Below, one piece after another: positions 1-9,719 of a stretch of DNA of 64,000 bases. This stretch comes from an uncultured Acidimicrobiaceae bacterium (lineage in GTDB: Bacteria; Actinomycetota; Acidimicrobiia; Acidimicrobiales; Palsa-688), in assembly GCA_963769725.1 (NCBI GenBank), contig CAVYMU010000012.1, forward strand, positions 203,993 through 267,992, in the 5' to 3' direction. The number at the start of each line of letters is the position of its first letter. Within the stretch, counting starts at the first letter, position 1. Position numbers and translations under genes: made by a program. Below the pieces are notes generated by a model. That model did not search any database and was not told where the DNA came from. It worked only from the letters and a program-made list of their open reading frames with translations.

Positions 1-1269
1 GGGGCCAGCCACCTCCCCACTGCCGAGCAGCCGGCCACCGAACGTCGGCACCGGGTCCCGGGGATCGTAAGTGAAGGCATCGGGAGGCTCGTCGGCGGCC
101 GGCGGCTCGGGCCCCAGGCGTCCGCCCTGACCGAGGTACCACGGGGTGTACTGGGTGCGAGCGAGCGGCCACTCCTGCTCGTCGCGCCACTTGTTCTCGC
201 CCATGACGAAGATGCGGACCGGTGCCCACTCCGGGCTGGTGCCGTCCTGGAGCCAGTGCCGGAACCACTCCAGGCGCAGCTGCGTCGTATCGAGGATGGC
301 CTCGGGCCCGAAGTCGGTGTCCCCGACAACCGGCACCATCGGAGTCCAGTGAGACCACGGCCCCACGACCAGGCGTTGCGACTGCCGGGCCCGGTCGGTC
401 GGCGCCTGGCGTTGCATGCCGGTGAAGTTCTGGAGCACCCCGGCCAGGTGAACGTCGTACCACCCGCCAACATGAATGACGGGCAGGTCGAGGACTCCGT
501 AGTGGGTCGTCGGATTGATTTGACGCCAGTTGGCGTCGCTGCGGTCCTCGTGATCGAAGATCTCGTCGAGCCAGGTGGCCCGGCCGTGCCACAGCTTGTT
601 GTCCTGGATCGGCCGGGTTCGGTAGACGTCGTCGAGGAGGAGTTTGGTCGCCTCTCTTGTGGATCGGATGGCGGCGGGGTCGCCCTCGAGCGTGGCCCGG
701 CGGGCCGCCAGGAACGCCTGCTGCAGCTGGTCCAGGGCCGGGTCGTCGATACCCCACTCCTCGGCCATGGCAGCAATCAACGACGCCGTCCACCCGAGCC
801 GTTGGGCCAGCCGGAATGTGCCCCCGGGGTCAAACGACGCCACCCAGTAATCCGCGGCGCAGCACTCGGGAGCCATGACCTCCAGGTGCGGCGGGCGGGC
901 CACCGCCGCCAGCCATTGGGTGTATCCCATGTACGACGCCCCGAACATGCCCACCCGGGTGTTCGACCAGGACTGGCCGGCCGCCCACTCGACCGTGTCG
1001 TACCCGTCCTCGACTTCGCACTGCACGTAGCCCCATTCCCCTTCCGAGCCGAATCGGCCGCGGCAATCCTGGAGCACGACTGCAAACCCGGCCGCGGCCA
1101 GGGTGGCCGGAGCCGACATCAGGGCGATCATGTCTTTTCCATAGGGAGTGCGGCTGACGAGCACCGGCACCGGCTCATCGGTATCGGGCCGCCAGATGTC
1201 TGCCGCCAGGCCGACACCGTCGCGCATCGGGATGCGGACGTTGCCCTCTTCTATGACTGGTGTCGCCAT
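1..1269 (-). CDS. CocE/NonD family hydrolase (S15 X-Pro dipeptidyl-peptidase-like); C-terminus runs off the window
   Basis: Absent from the ORF track because it has no stop inside the window. My reverse-strand translation from ATG (1269..1267) reads MATPVIEEGNVRIPMRDGVGLAADIWRPDTDEPVPVLVSRTPYGKD...CRGRFGSEGEW...GASYMGYTQW and stays open to position 1 (423 codons). Confidence 0.8.
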   Translation of the reverse strand, partial: MATPVIEEGNVRIPMRDGVGLAADIWRPDTDEPVPVLVSRTPYGKDMIALMSAPATLAAAGFAVVLQDCRGRFGSEGEWGYVQCEVEDGYDTVEWAAGQSWSNTRVGMFGASYMGYTQWLAAVARPPHLEVMAPECCAADYWVASFDPGGTFRLAQRLGWTASLIAAMAEEWGIDDPALDQLQQAFLAARRATLEGDPAAIRSTREATKLLLDDVYRTRPIQDNKLWHGRATWLDEIFDHEDRSDANWRQINPTTHYGVLDLPVIHVGGWYDVHLAGVLQNFTGMQRQAPTDRARQSQRLVVGPWSHWTPMVPVVGDTDFGPEAILDTTQLRLEWFRHWLQDGTSPEWAPVRIFVMGENKWRDEQEWPLARTQYTPWYLGQGGRLGPEPPAADEPPDAFTYDPRDPVPTFGGRLLGSGEVAGP

Positions 1270-1403
1270 CAACCGGCCGCCTGACGCACGGGCCGCCCGG
1301 TCCGGGTGGCGACGACCGCGTCGTAGGCCGCCACCCCGGTCCGCCTCCCCCACCGATCCCTTCCCACCGCTGACGTCGCGACCGAACTCGTCATCTGGGT
1401 CGC

Positions 1404-2891
1404 CTAGCGATGCTGCGGGAAACCGAGATCCACCTGGCTGGTGGAGGGGTCGGGCCAGCGCGAGGTAACGACCTTGGTACGGGTGTAAAAGCGGATCCCG
1501 TCGGGTCCGTAGATGTGGGTGTCGCCGAATAGTGAGCTCTTCCAGCCGCCGAAGCTGTAGTAACTGACGGGCACCGGTATCGGCACGTTGATGCCCACCA
1601 TGCCCACCTCGACGTCGAACTCGAACCGGCGAGCCGCTCCCCCGTCCCGGGTGAAGATCGCCACCCCGTTGGCGTACCGGTTGGAATTGACGAGCTGGAG
1701 CGCCTCGTCGTAGGTCTCGGCCCGGACCACGGCCAGCACCGGCCCGAAAATCTCGTCGTCGTACACCGGTGTTCCGGGGCGCACCTGATCGACCAGGCTG
1801 GGCCCCAGGTAGAAGCCCGGCCCTGGGGGCGTCGAATCCCGTCCGTCCACCACGACCTCGGCCCCGCCGAGCGCCTGCTCGTCGAGATAACGGACCACCC
1901 GATCCCGGTGATCGCCGGTGACCAAAGGGCCCATCTCCGATGCCGGGTCGTCCCCCGGCCCCACCTTGATCTGCGGGAGGCGGGCTGCGATGGCCTGCAC
2001 CAGCGGCTCGGCGACGCTCCCGACGGCCACGATGGCCGACACGGCCATGCAGCGCTCGCCCGCAGAGCCGTATCCGGCCGACACGGCGGCGTCGGCCGCG
2101 ACATTCACGTCGGCGTCGGGGAGGACCACCATATGGTTCTTGGCCCCACCGAGAGCTTGGACCCGCTTGCCGTGGCGGCTGCCGGTCTCGTAGATGTGAC
2201 GGGCGACGGGTGTGGACCCGACGAACGACACGGCGGCCACGTCCGGGTGCTCGAGGATGCGGTCCACTGCGATCCGGTCACCCTGGATCACGTTGTAGAC
2301 GCCGTCAGGCAGCCCGGCCTGCTTCCACAAGTCGCCCAACAGCAGCGACGCCGACGGATCCTTCTCGCTTGGCTTCAGCAGAAAGCAGTTGCCGCACGCG
2401 ATGGCATTCGACATCATCCACAGCGGCACCATGGCCGGGAAGTTGAACGGGGTGATGCCCGCGGCCACACCCAGGGGCTGGGCAACGGAGTGGACGTCCA
2501 CGCCGGTCGACACCTGTTCGGAGTAGCCCCCTTTGAGCAGGTGGGGCACGCCACAGGCGAACTCCAGGTTCTCGAGGCCGCGGGCGACCTCGCCCTCGGC
2601 GTCAGAAAGGACCTTGCCGTGCTCGGCCGTAACCGCGGCGGCGACGTCCTTGCGGTTGGCGTCGAGCAGCTCGCGCATGCGGAAGAGGATCTCCGCTCGG
2701 CGAGAGAGCCCGGTTTTCCGCCAGGCCGGGAATGCGGCCCGGGCCGCCTGTACGGCCAGGTCCACCTCGCCGGCGCTGGCCAGATCGACCTCCGCGACTT
2801 GCTCTCCGAGGGCTGGGTTGTAGACGGCACCGGTTCGGCCGGATGTGCCGGTCACCAGTCGGCCGTTGATCCAGTGGCTGATCCGCTTCAT
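1404..2891 (-). CDS. mmsA: CoA-acylating methylmalonate-semialdehyde dehydrogenase
   Basis: 495 aa. N-terminus MKRISHWINGRLV, motifs ITPFNFPAMVP, LKPSEKDP and catalytic-Cys context GERCMA. Typical length. Confidence 0.9.
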   Translation of the reverse strand: MKRISHWINGRLVTGTSGRTGAVYNPALGEQVAEVDLASAGEVDLAVQAARAAFPAWRKTGLSRRAEILFRMRELLDANRKDVAAAVTAEHGKVLSDAEGEVARGLENLEFACGVPHLLKGGYSEQVSTGVDVHSVAQPLGVAAGITPFNFPAMVPLWMMSNAIACGNCFLLKPSEKDPSASLLLGDLWKQAGLPDGVYNVIQGDRIAVDRILEHPDVAAVSFVGSTPVARHIYETGSRHGKRVQALGGAKNHMVVLPDADVNVAADAAVSAGYGSAGERCMAVSAIVAVGSVAEPLVQAIAARLPQIKVGPGDDPASEMGPLVTGDHRDRVVRYLDEQALGGAEVVVDGRDSTPPGPGFYLGPSLVDQVRPGTPVYDDEIFGPVLAVVRAETYDEALQLVNSNRYANGVAIFTRDGGAARRFEFDVEVGMVGINVPIPVPVSYYSFGGWKSSLFGDTHIYGPDGIRFYTRTKVVTSRWPDPSTSQVDLGFPQHR

Positions 2892-2978
2892 CGGAGCTCC
2901 TCGCTCTCGCTCCTGCTGCGCTGAGCTGCGCGCGGTGGGGGCCCGCTGGCCACCTCCTCAGCTGCGATACTAGATCCT

Positions 2979-2991
2979 GATCAATTTGATC
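2979..2991. promoter_or_regulatory. AT-rich palindrome GATCAATTTGATC in the divergent mmsA / amidohydrolase intergenic region
   Basis: Perfect 6-1-6 inverted repeat, extending imperfectly to about 17 bp. It is the only AT-rich island in a 114-bp divergent promoter region. Confidence 0.45.
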
Positions 2992-3005
2992 CGGAGAGGG
3001 AGCCC

Positions 3006-4196
3006 ATGAGCTACGGGTACGTCGACGCGGACAACCACTTCTACGAGGTCCCCGACGCCTTCACCCGGCATGCCAACGACCGGGTCAAACAGTTCGTGCA
3101 GTGGTGGGAACAGGGGAAGAAGCGGCGGATCCTCTTCGGCGGCGAGGTCATCGGCGGCACGCCCAACCCCACGTTCAACCCGATCGCCAGGCCGGGCGCC
3201 TTCCACGAGTCGCTCAAGGCCCTGGAACGGGGAGAGGTCCCGTCCGGTCCCCGTTACGGCGAGCTGGAGCCGCTGCATCCCGCTTACACCCGTAGGGCCG
3301 AGCGGCTGGAAGTGATGAACGACCAGAACCTCGAACGGACCTTCATCTATCCGACCATCGGCTACAGCGTGGAGCACCACCTGGTCAACGACTGGGACAT
3401 GCTCTACGACCTGTTCCACGCCTACAACTCGTGGGTCGACGACGACTGGGGCTTCAATTTCCAGAACCGGATCTACGCGCCACCGCTGATCCCGATGGCC
3501 GACGTCAACCGGGCCGTGGCCGAGCTCGAGTGGGCGACCGATCGGGGCGCTCGCCTCATCACCATGACACCCGGCCCGTGGTACGGGCGCTCACCCGCCG
3601 ACTCGTACTTCGACCCCTTCTGGGAGCGGGTCGATCAGGCCCGCCAGAGTGTCATCTTGCACGCCTACGGAGGGATCCCCCAGGCGTACCAGGCGTTTTA
3701 TCAGGAGGCATGGGCTCGCCCGCCCGTCACCAACCGCCAGCACACCCAGATGCTGCAAGGGGCCCTCTTCCCGTTCCACCGGCCGGTCATGGACTCGATG
3801 ATGGCCATGGTGCTGGGCGGGTTGTTCAACCGGTTTCCGAACCTGAAAGTGGCCAGCATCGAGGTCGGGGCGGCCTGGGTCGGCTACTGCTTGCATGAGC
3901 TCGATCATGCCGGTTCCAACCTGGTCGAGCGCCGGGTCCAGACCTTCGACGGGGAACTGGTCGGCCGCCCTTCTGACGTCTTCCGGCGCCACTGTTACGT
4001 GGCTCCGTTCCCTGAAGAGGACATCGGGGCCCTGGCCGACCTGATCGGGGCCAACCGGGTCCTGTTCGGGTCGGACTGGCCTCACCCCGAGGGCGTGGCC
4101 CGACCGGGCGACTTCGCCAAATACGTGGCCGGCCTGCCCGACGACGAGCAGCGCCTGGTCATGCGCGACAACGCCCTGTCCCTGGTGGCCGGCTGA
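3006..4196 (+). CDS. amidohydrolase_2 (ACMSD-like metal-dependent hydrolase) family protein
   Basis: 396 aa. N-terminal YVDADNHFYE, C-terminal LFGSDWPHPEG. RBS GGAGAGGGAG upstream. Confidence 0.8.
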   Translation: MSYGYVDADNHFYEVPDAFTRHANDRVKQFVQWWEQGKKRRILFGGEVIGGTPNPTFNPIARPGAFHESLKALERGEVPSGPRYGELEPLHPAYTRRAERLEVMNDQNLERTFIYPTIGYSVEHHLVNDWDMLYDLFHAYNSWVDDDWGFNFQNRIYAPPLIPMADVNRAVAELEWATDRGARLITMTPGPWYGRSPADSYFDPFWERVDQARQSVILHAYGGIPQAYQAFYQEAWARPPVTNRQHTQMLQGALFPFHRPVMDSMMAMVLGGLFNRFPNLKVASIEVGAAWVGYCLHELDHAGSNLVERRVQTFDGELVGRPSDVFRRHCYVAPFPEEDIGALADLIGANRVLFGSDWPHPEGVARPGDFAKYVAGLPDDEQRLVMRDNALSLVAG

Positions 4197-4351
4197 GCCG
4201 GCGGGCCCTTCAGGACGCGGGTCTTTCGCCTGGCGGCGAATGCTCGCCTCGCTCGAGGTGCTACCGACCGCGATCCGGAGATTACGATCATGGCCCGTAG
4301 CGGTGGGTTTCCCAATGCGCTGAGGAGGAAAAACTGAAGATCGACGCGTTT

Positions 4352-5377
4352 TTGGTCGGCGACCTCGCCGACGCTGAGGTCGTCGCCAGACGGTCTCTGG
4401 CCGCCGGCTTCGACGGCCTCTGGTCGGCTGAGCTCAGCCACGATCCCTTCCTCCCGCTGGCCCGGGCGGCCACGGCCGCGGCGCCCATGGAACTCGGGAC
4501 GTCCATCGCGGTGGCCTTCGCTCGCAACCCCATGGTCCTGGCCACGACGGCCTGGGATCTGCAAGCCTTGTCGGCGGGCCGGTTTCTGCTCGGCCTGGGG
4601 TCCCAGGTCCGGGCCCACATCGAGCGGCGGTTCTCGATGCCGTGGTCCCATCCGGCCGCCCGCATGCGGGAGTTCATCCTGGCCCTGCGGGCCATCTGGG
4701 AGTCCTGGCAGCACACCACGCCGCTGGATTTCCGGGGCGACTTCTACCAGCACACGCTCATGACGCCCGTGTTCGATCCGGGACCGCTCTCGTTCGGGCC
4801 GCCGCGGGTGCTGCTGGCTGCCGTCGGCACGGCCATGACCCGGGTGGCGGCCGAAGTGGCCGACGGACTGCTGGTGCACAGCTTCACCACCCGTAGCTAC
4901 CTGCAAGAGGTGACGTTGCCTGCGCTCGAGGCGGGACTGGCAGACGCGGGCCGGTCCCGTCACGACTTCGAGGTCAAATACCCCCCCTTCGTGGTCACCG
5001 GGTCCGACGACAAGGAACTGGCCGAAGCCGCAACTGAAGCTAGAGAGCGAATCGCGTTCTACGCGTCCACTCCTGCCTACCGGCCGGTGCTGGAGCACCA
5101 CGGGTGGGGCGACCTGCAGCGTGAGCTCAATACCCTGGCTCGCAAGGGTGAATGGAAGGCGATGGGTGGCCTCATCGACGACGAGGTGCTTTCGGCGTTC
5201 GCCGTGATCGCACCCCGATCGGACCTCCCCGCCGCCCTGGGCCGGTGGGTCGGCGGACTGGCCGACCGGACCAGCTGGACCCCCCCCGCCGGCGCCAGCC
5301 CCGAAGAGACCAGCGAGACGCTGACTGTCCTTCGGAGCGCCGCTGGCCCTGAGGAACGTGGAGGTGTGCCGTCGTGA
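4352..5377 (+). CDS. LLM-class F420-dependent oxidoreductase
   Basis: 341 aa luciferase-like sequence (GFDGLWSAELSHDPFLPLA...GRFLLGLGSQV). The true start may be a few codons upstream (in-frame LKIDAF after AGGAGGAA at 4322-4329, CTG at 4334). Confidence 0.8.
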   Translation: MVGDLADAEVVARRSLAAGFDGLWSAELSHDPFLPLARAATAAAPMELGTSIAVAFARNPMVLATTAWDLQALSAGRFLLGLGSQVRAHIERRFSMPWSHPAARMREFILALRAIWESWQHTTPLDFRGDFYQHTLMTPVFDPGPLSFGPPRVLLAAVGTAMTRVAAEVADGLLVHSFTTRSYLQEVTLPALEAGLADAGRSRHDFEVKYPPFVVTGSDDKELAEAATEARERIAFYASTPAYRPVLEHHGWGDLQRELNTLARKGEWKAMGGLIDDEVLSAFAVIAPRSDLPAALGRWVGGLADRTSWTPPAGASPEETSETLTVLRSAAGPEERGGVPS

Positions 5378-6141
5378 CCGATCCTGACGCCATCGCAATG
5401 GTAACCGTCGAGCGCAGAGGCGACGTCGCCCTCATCGAGTTGCAGCGACCAGAAGCCCGCAATGCCGTCAACGTGGCTCTGGCGACCGCCATTTGCGACA
5501 GCGTGACCGCCTGCCAGGACGCCGGCGCCATCGTGATCACGGGCGCCGATCCAGCCTTTTGTGCCGGCTTGGACCTGCGATCGCTTGGGGTCGAGTCGCT
5601 CGGAGACCTGCCACCGTTCAACGCCACGGTGGCGGCCTCGTCCGTCCCCGTCATCGCCGCGGTCAACGGCCCGGCGGTCACCGGCGGGTTCGAGCTGGCC
5701 CTGGCGGCCGACTTCATCGTGGCGTCGGAGCGGGCCGCGTTCGCGGACACCCATCTCCGGGTCGGCGTGTACCCGGGCCCAGTTCTGGTGGATCTGCCCC
5801 GTCGGGTCGGGCCGGCCTGGGCGAGAGAAATGTCGCTGACCGGAAACTTCGTGGACGCCGCCACGGCTCTGCGGATCGGTATCGCCAACCACGTGGTTGC
5901 CCACGAGGAGCTCGTTCCTTTCGCCATGGAGCTGGCCGCCGCCATCGCCGAGCAGGATCGGATCATGGTCGCCACCATGCGCCGGGACTGGGACGCCAGC
6001 GTTGGGACGCCCATCGAGCAGGCTCGCAAGATCCACGAGGAGCACGGTCGTAGCTTGCGACACCAAACCTCGGCGGCGGGAATCGCAGCTCACCGCGAGG
6101 CAGTGCTGGCTCGCTCGCGAGATCAGCGCCGGCCGACCTGA
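5374..6141 (+). CDS. enoyl-CoA hydratase/isomerase (crotonase)
   Basis: 255 aa. ELQRPEARNAV...FCAGLDL...AAVNGPAVTGGFELALAAD. GTGA overlap with the upstream LLM gene. Confidence 0.9.
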   Translation: MTDPDAIAMVTVERRGDVALIELQRPEARNAVNVALATAICDSVTACQDAGAIVITGADPAFCAGLDLRSLGVESLGDLPPFNATVAASSVPVIAAVNGPAVTGGFELALAADFIVASERAAFADTHLRVGVYPGPVLVDLPRRVGPAWAREMSLTGNFVDAATALRIGIANHVVAHEELVPFAMELAAAIAEQDRIMVATMRRDWDASVGTPIEQARKIHEEHGRSLRHQTSAAGIAAHREAVLARSRDQRRPT

Positions 6142-6153
6142 GCGGGCCAGCCG

Positions 6154-7692
6154 CTACTCGGCCCGGACCTGATCGCGCAGCACGAACTTCTGGATCTTGC
6201 CGGTCGCGGTCTTGGGGAGTGGTCCGAACACGATCCGCTTGGGCGCCTTGAAGCGGGCCAGCCGGCCGCGCACATGCTCGACCAGCTCGTCCGGGTCGAC
6301 TTCTGCGCCCTCCCGCAGGGTGACGAAGGCCACAGGGATCTCGCCCCAGAGTTCGTCGGGTGCCCCGACTACCGCGCTCTCGAGCACGGCGGGGTGAGAA
6401 TCCAGGGCCTGCTCGATCTCGATGGACGCGATGTTCTCGCCGCCGGAAATGATGATGTCCTTGCTTCGATCGCGCAGCTCGATGGCCCCATCCGGATGCA
6501 TGACACCGAGGTCCCCGGAGCGGAACCAACCGTCCGGGATGGCCGCCCTGGTGGCGGCCTCGTCGTGGAGATAGCCGAGCATGACGGTGCCGCCCCGAAC
6601 GGCGACCTGGCCCATGGTCACGCCATCGGCCGGCACATCATCACCGCGCTCATCCACCACCCGCAGGCGCCGGTTGGCGATGTTGGCGCCGCCCTGACGG
6701 GACGTGAGCACCGACCGTTGGGCCGGCGTCAGCCGGGCGGCCTCGGGTGGAAGCTGGCGGATGGCGACCGGACCAAAGGTCTCGGTAAGGCCGTAGAGGT
6801 GGATCACGTTCATGTCGAGGTTTCCCATCCGCTCCAGCAAGGCTGGAGACGGAGGCGCGCCGCCGGTTGCGACGGTGATCGGGCGGTGCACCCGGCCCGG
6901 GTCGGCGCTGGGATCGGCCGCCAGCATGGTCAGCACCGTCGGGGCGGCGTTGAAATGGGTGACGTCGTAGCGCTCGATCATGTCCCACACGGTGGCGGGG
7001 ACGATCCGGGGCAGGCACAGGTGGGTGCCGCCCGCCGCGGTGACGGCCCAGGTAAAACACCAGCCGTTGCAATGGAACATCGGCAGCGTCCACAGGAACA
7101 CGCTGTCGAGCCCCAGGCCGGTATGAAACGCCATCGCCAGGCTCTGCAGGTAGGCGCCGCGGTGGTGGTACATCACCCCTTTCGGGCGCCCCGTAGTGCC
7201 GCTGGTGTAGTCGATAGCGATCAATGACCACTCGTCGTCGGGTGGGATCCCATATGGCTCGGCCGCCGCAAGTCCGCCTTCGTAATCGGAGCCAACGACC
7301 ATGACCGGGGCGCTCAGATCACCAGCCAGGTGGGCGTGGGCGTCGTCAACCAGCAGGACCTTGGCGCCGCTGTGCTCCACGATGTACTGCAACTCGGGGA
7401 CCGAAAGGCGGGTATTGAGAGCGACGAGCACGGCCCCGGCCAGTGGCACACCGTAGTGCGACTCCAACAGCAGGCTGTTGTTGAGGGCCAGCACGGCGAC
7501 CCGGTCTCCGGGCTGCACGCCGAGCGTGCGCAGGAAACCCGCTTCCCGGTGGACCCGTTCGTTGAACTCTCGGTAGGACCACTGCCGATCACCGTCGACG
7601 ACAGCCCGGCGGTCAGCAAAAAGCATGGCGCTGCGCTCCAGGAACCCGAGGGGGGTCAATGGCTCCGTGGCCGCTGTCGTCGGGTCGATCAT
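6154..7692 (-). CDS. AMP-dependent acyl-CoA synthetase/ligase
   Basis: 512 aa. YTSGTTGRPKGV, GYLHDEAAT, SGDLG..DGAIELRDRSKDIIISGGENI and GKIQKFVLR motifs. Confidence 0.9.
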   Translation of the reverse strand: MIDPTTAATEPLTPLGFLERSAMLFADRRAVVDGDRQWSYREFNERVHREAGFLRTLGVQPGDRVAVLALNNSLLLESHYGVPLAGAVLVALNTRLSVPELQYIVEHSGAKVLLVDDAHAHLAGDLSAPVMVVGSDYEGGLAAAEPYGIPPDDEWSLIAIDYTSGTTGRPKGVMYHHRGAYLQSLAMAFHTGLGLDSVFLWTLPMFHCNGWCFTWAVTAAGGTHLCLPRIVPATVWDMIERYDVTHFNAAPTVLTMLAADPSADPGRVHRPITVATGGAPPSPALLERMGNLDMNVIHLYGLTETFGPVAIRQLPPEAARLTPAQRSVLTSRQGGANIANRRLRVVDERGDDVPADGVTMGQVAVRGGTVMLGYLHDEAATRAAIPDGWFRSGDLGVMHPDGAIELRDRSKDIIISGGENIASIEIEQALDSHPAVLESAVVGAPDELWGEIPVAFVTLREGAEVDPDELVEHVRGRLARFKAPKRIVFGPLPKTATGKIQKFVLRDQVRAE

Positions 7693-7935
7693 CCTCTTTC
7701 CCTTCTAGGTTCGGTGCTCAGCTTGGACCGGGTTAGACCCCGGCGAGGAGGTCGTTGGATGCGGCCGGCATTCCGGCCTGGCGGCGGCGCCCAGCAGTCA
7801 CGGTAGAGGACCGCATCAGCAGCGTGGGCACTAGGCCGAAGCAGGCGCGGCCGGCTACCTACCCACCGATCAGTCACCTGGTTGAGTACGGCGGGACTCG
7901 GGGGGCGCCGGGCCGGCGGGTAACGTCCGATCGGT

Positions 7936-8728
7936 ATGGAAGCTACGGGGATGACGCTGGCCCTGCTGGAAATGCCGGCGTGGTGCACGCAGGACTACAA
8001 CAGGTGGTACGACCTCGACCACTTGCCGGAGCACATCTCTAAGGCCGATGTGCTCATAGGCCGGCGCTATGTCGCGCCGCGGGACTTGCGGGCCCTGCCG
8101 GGTACCCTGCCCTCGGATTGGGTCGGAGGCTATCCCCCGTATCTGACGACGTACTGGTTCGGGGGCCCGCTCGAGTTCACCAGCGACGAGGCTCTGGCCG
8201 GGTGGCGGACCAAGGACCGCCACCTAGTGAAATCCGGCCGCTTCTGGCAGGTAGGGCGGGTCCGCCACACCAGTCGCTGGCGGGTGGCGGCGACCACCAA
8301 CCGACCGTCGGTGCTGGTCGACAAGGCCGCTACGCCGTATCTGGCCCACCGAGGCGTAATCGTCGCCATCGGGCGGGCCCCAACTCCCGAGCGCCTGCCC
8401 GAAGCCATCGCCTGGTGGGACGACGTCCACCTGAACGATCTCTTTGCGCCGCCCGGGATCCTCGCCGCCATCCGCTTCCAGCCGGTTGACGCCGGCGACG
8501 AAGGGATTCTCTTACACCTGCTCCTTTGCGAGGACGCCGCCCTCGGCAGTGATGGCCAGAATTGAAGCCGCCATGCCGTACCTGAAAGCCGTGGGCCGTT
8601 TCCCCGCCCACGGGGGCGTTTACGAGCCGATGGCGTTCCTTCCCTACCAGTGGATCGTTCCCCTCCAGTACGACTTCGATATCGGCGACAGCGACGAGCT
8701 TCCCGCCGGGATTCCGGTCACGGGTTGA
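7936..8728 (+). pseudogene. hypothetical protein, split by one +1 frameshift near 8540-8550
   Basis: ORF 7936..8565 (start mod 3 = 1) ends LLLCEDAALGSDGQN*. ORF 8444..8728 (mod 2) continues with protein-like AVMARIEAAMPYLKAVGRFPAHGGVYEPMAFLPYQWIVPLQYDFDI. Confidence 0.55.
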
Positions 8729-9602
8729 AGGTCCAGCCTCCCTCCGGCCGGCGCAGCCACCCGCTCGCAGCCCAGGTACCACCGTCGACCGGGATGTTGA
8801 CGCCGGTCACGTAGGCGGCCATCTGCGAGCACAGCCAGACCACGGCGCTGGCGCACTCCTCGACCAGCCCTTCCCGACCGAGCGGGACCACCCTGGCCCA
8901 GTCCGGAGAGGAGTCCCCCCACGAAGCCGGGTCGACCGGCCCCGACCGGTTGCCGCGGCCACCAGGGGTCACGGTGTGGTCTGGTGAGATGCAGTTGACC
9001 CGAATACCGTGCTCGGCCAGTTCGACCGCCATCGTCCGGGTGAAGTTGATCATGCCCGCCTTGCACGCGGAGTACACCGCGAACATCGGGGCGGCCCGGC
9101 TGCCCTCGATGCTGCTGACATTGACGATCGCCCCGCCCCGACCGGCATCGATCATGTGCTGAGCCGCCTCCTGAGTGGCGATCAGCATGCTGATCAGATT
9201 GATCTCGACGTGCCGACGAATGCTGCGCTCCGGCTGGGTCATAAACAGCCCGGCCCGTACGCCGCCCGCGTTGTTGACGAGCACATCGATGCGACCGAAC
9301 CGCTCGCTTACCTCGCTCATGGCGGACCGGATCTGGTCGCTGTCGGTGACGTCGCAGACGATGCCGGCCGCCTGGCGCCCTAGTCCCCGCACGGCCGCCT
9401 CCGTCGCCGCGCACCGTTCCGGCACCGAGTCCAGCACGGCCACGTGGGCGCCGAACTTGGCCAGGCCCAGGGCCGTGCCTTGGCCGATGCCACCGCCGCC
9501 CCCGGTGACCACCGCGACCCGGTCGGTGAGCAGGATGTCCGCCGGGTCGACGATCGTGTGCTCGACGTCGCGAGCGATCGTCATCAGCTCAACATGGTCC
9601 AT
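8718..9602 (-). CDS. SDR family oxidoreductase
   Basis: 294 aa. VAVVTGGGGGIGQG, NNAG and YSACKAG motifs. Confidence 0.9.
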   Translation of the reverse strand: MDHVELMTIARDVEHTIVDPADILLTDRVAVVTGGGGGIGQGTALGLAKFGAHVAVLDSVPERCAATEAAVRGLGRQAAGIVCDVTDSDQIRSAMSEVSERFGRIDVLVNNAGGVRAGLFMTQPERSIRRHVEINLISMLIATQEAAQHMIDAGRGGAIVNVSSIEGSRAAPMFAVYSACKAGMINFTRTMAVELAEHGIRVNCISPDHTVTPGGRGNRSGPVDPASWGDSSPDWARVVPLGREGLVEECASAVVWLCSQMAAYVTGVNIPVDGGTWAASGWLRRPEGGWTFNP

Positions 9603-9719
9603 GTGATCTCCTGCTTTGATGGCTGGCGCCTTGCTCGACGGCCACGGGGGTCGGTTTGGAGGGCCAGGAGACCGATCCCGGCGGGTACCAGAGGAGCCGA
9701 CGACGGCGCTTCGGCTGGC

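Noticed and set aside
256-1284. 342-aa plus-strand ORF
   Set aside because: Arg/Pro/Gly-rich with no motifs. It is the antisense shadow of the clearly recognisable CocE/NonD hydrolase on the minus strand.
4082-5398. 438-aa minus-strand ORF
   Set aside because: Low-complexity Arg/Gly/Pro composition, antisense to a good LLM oxidoreductase. This is a typical high-GC shadow ORF.
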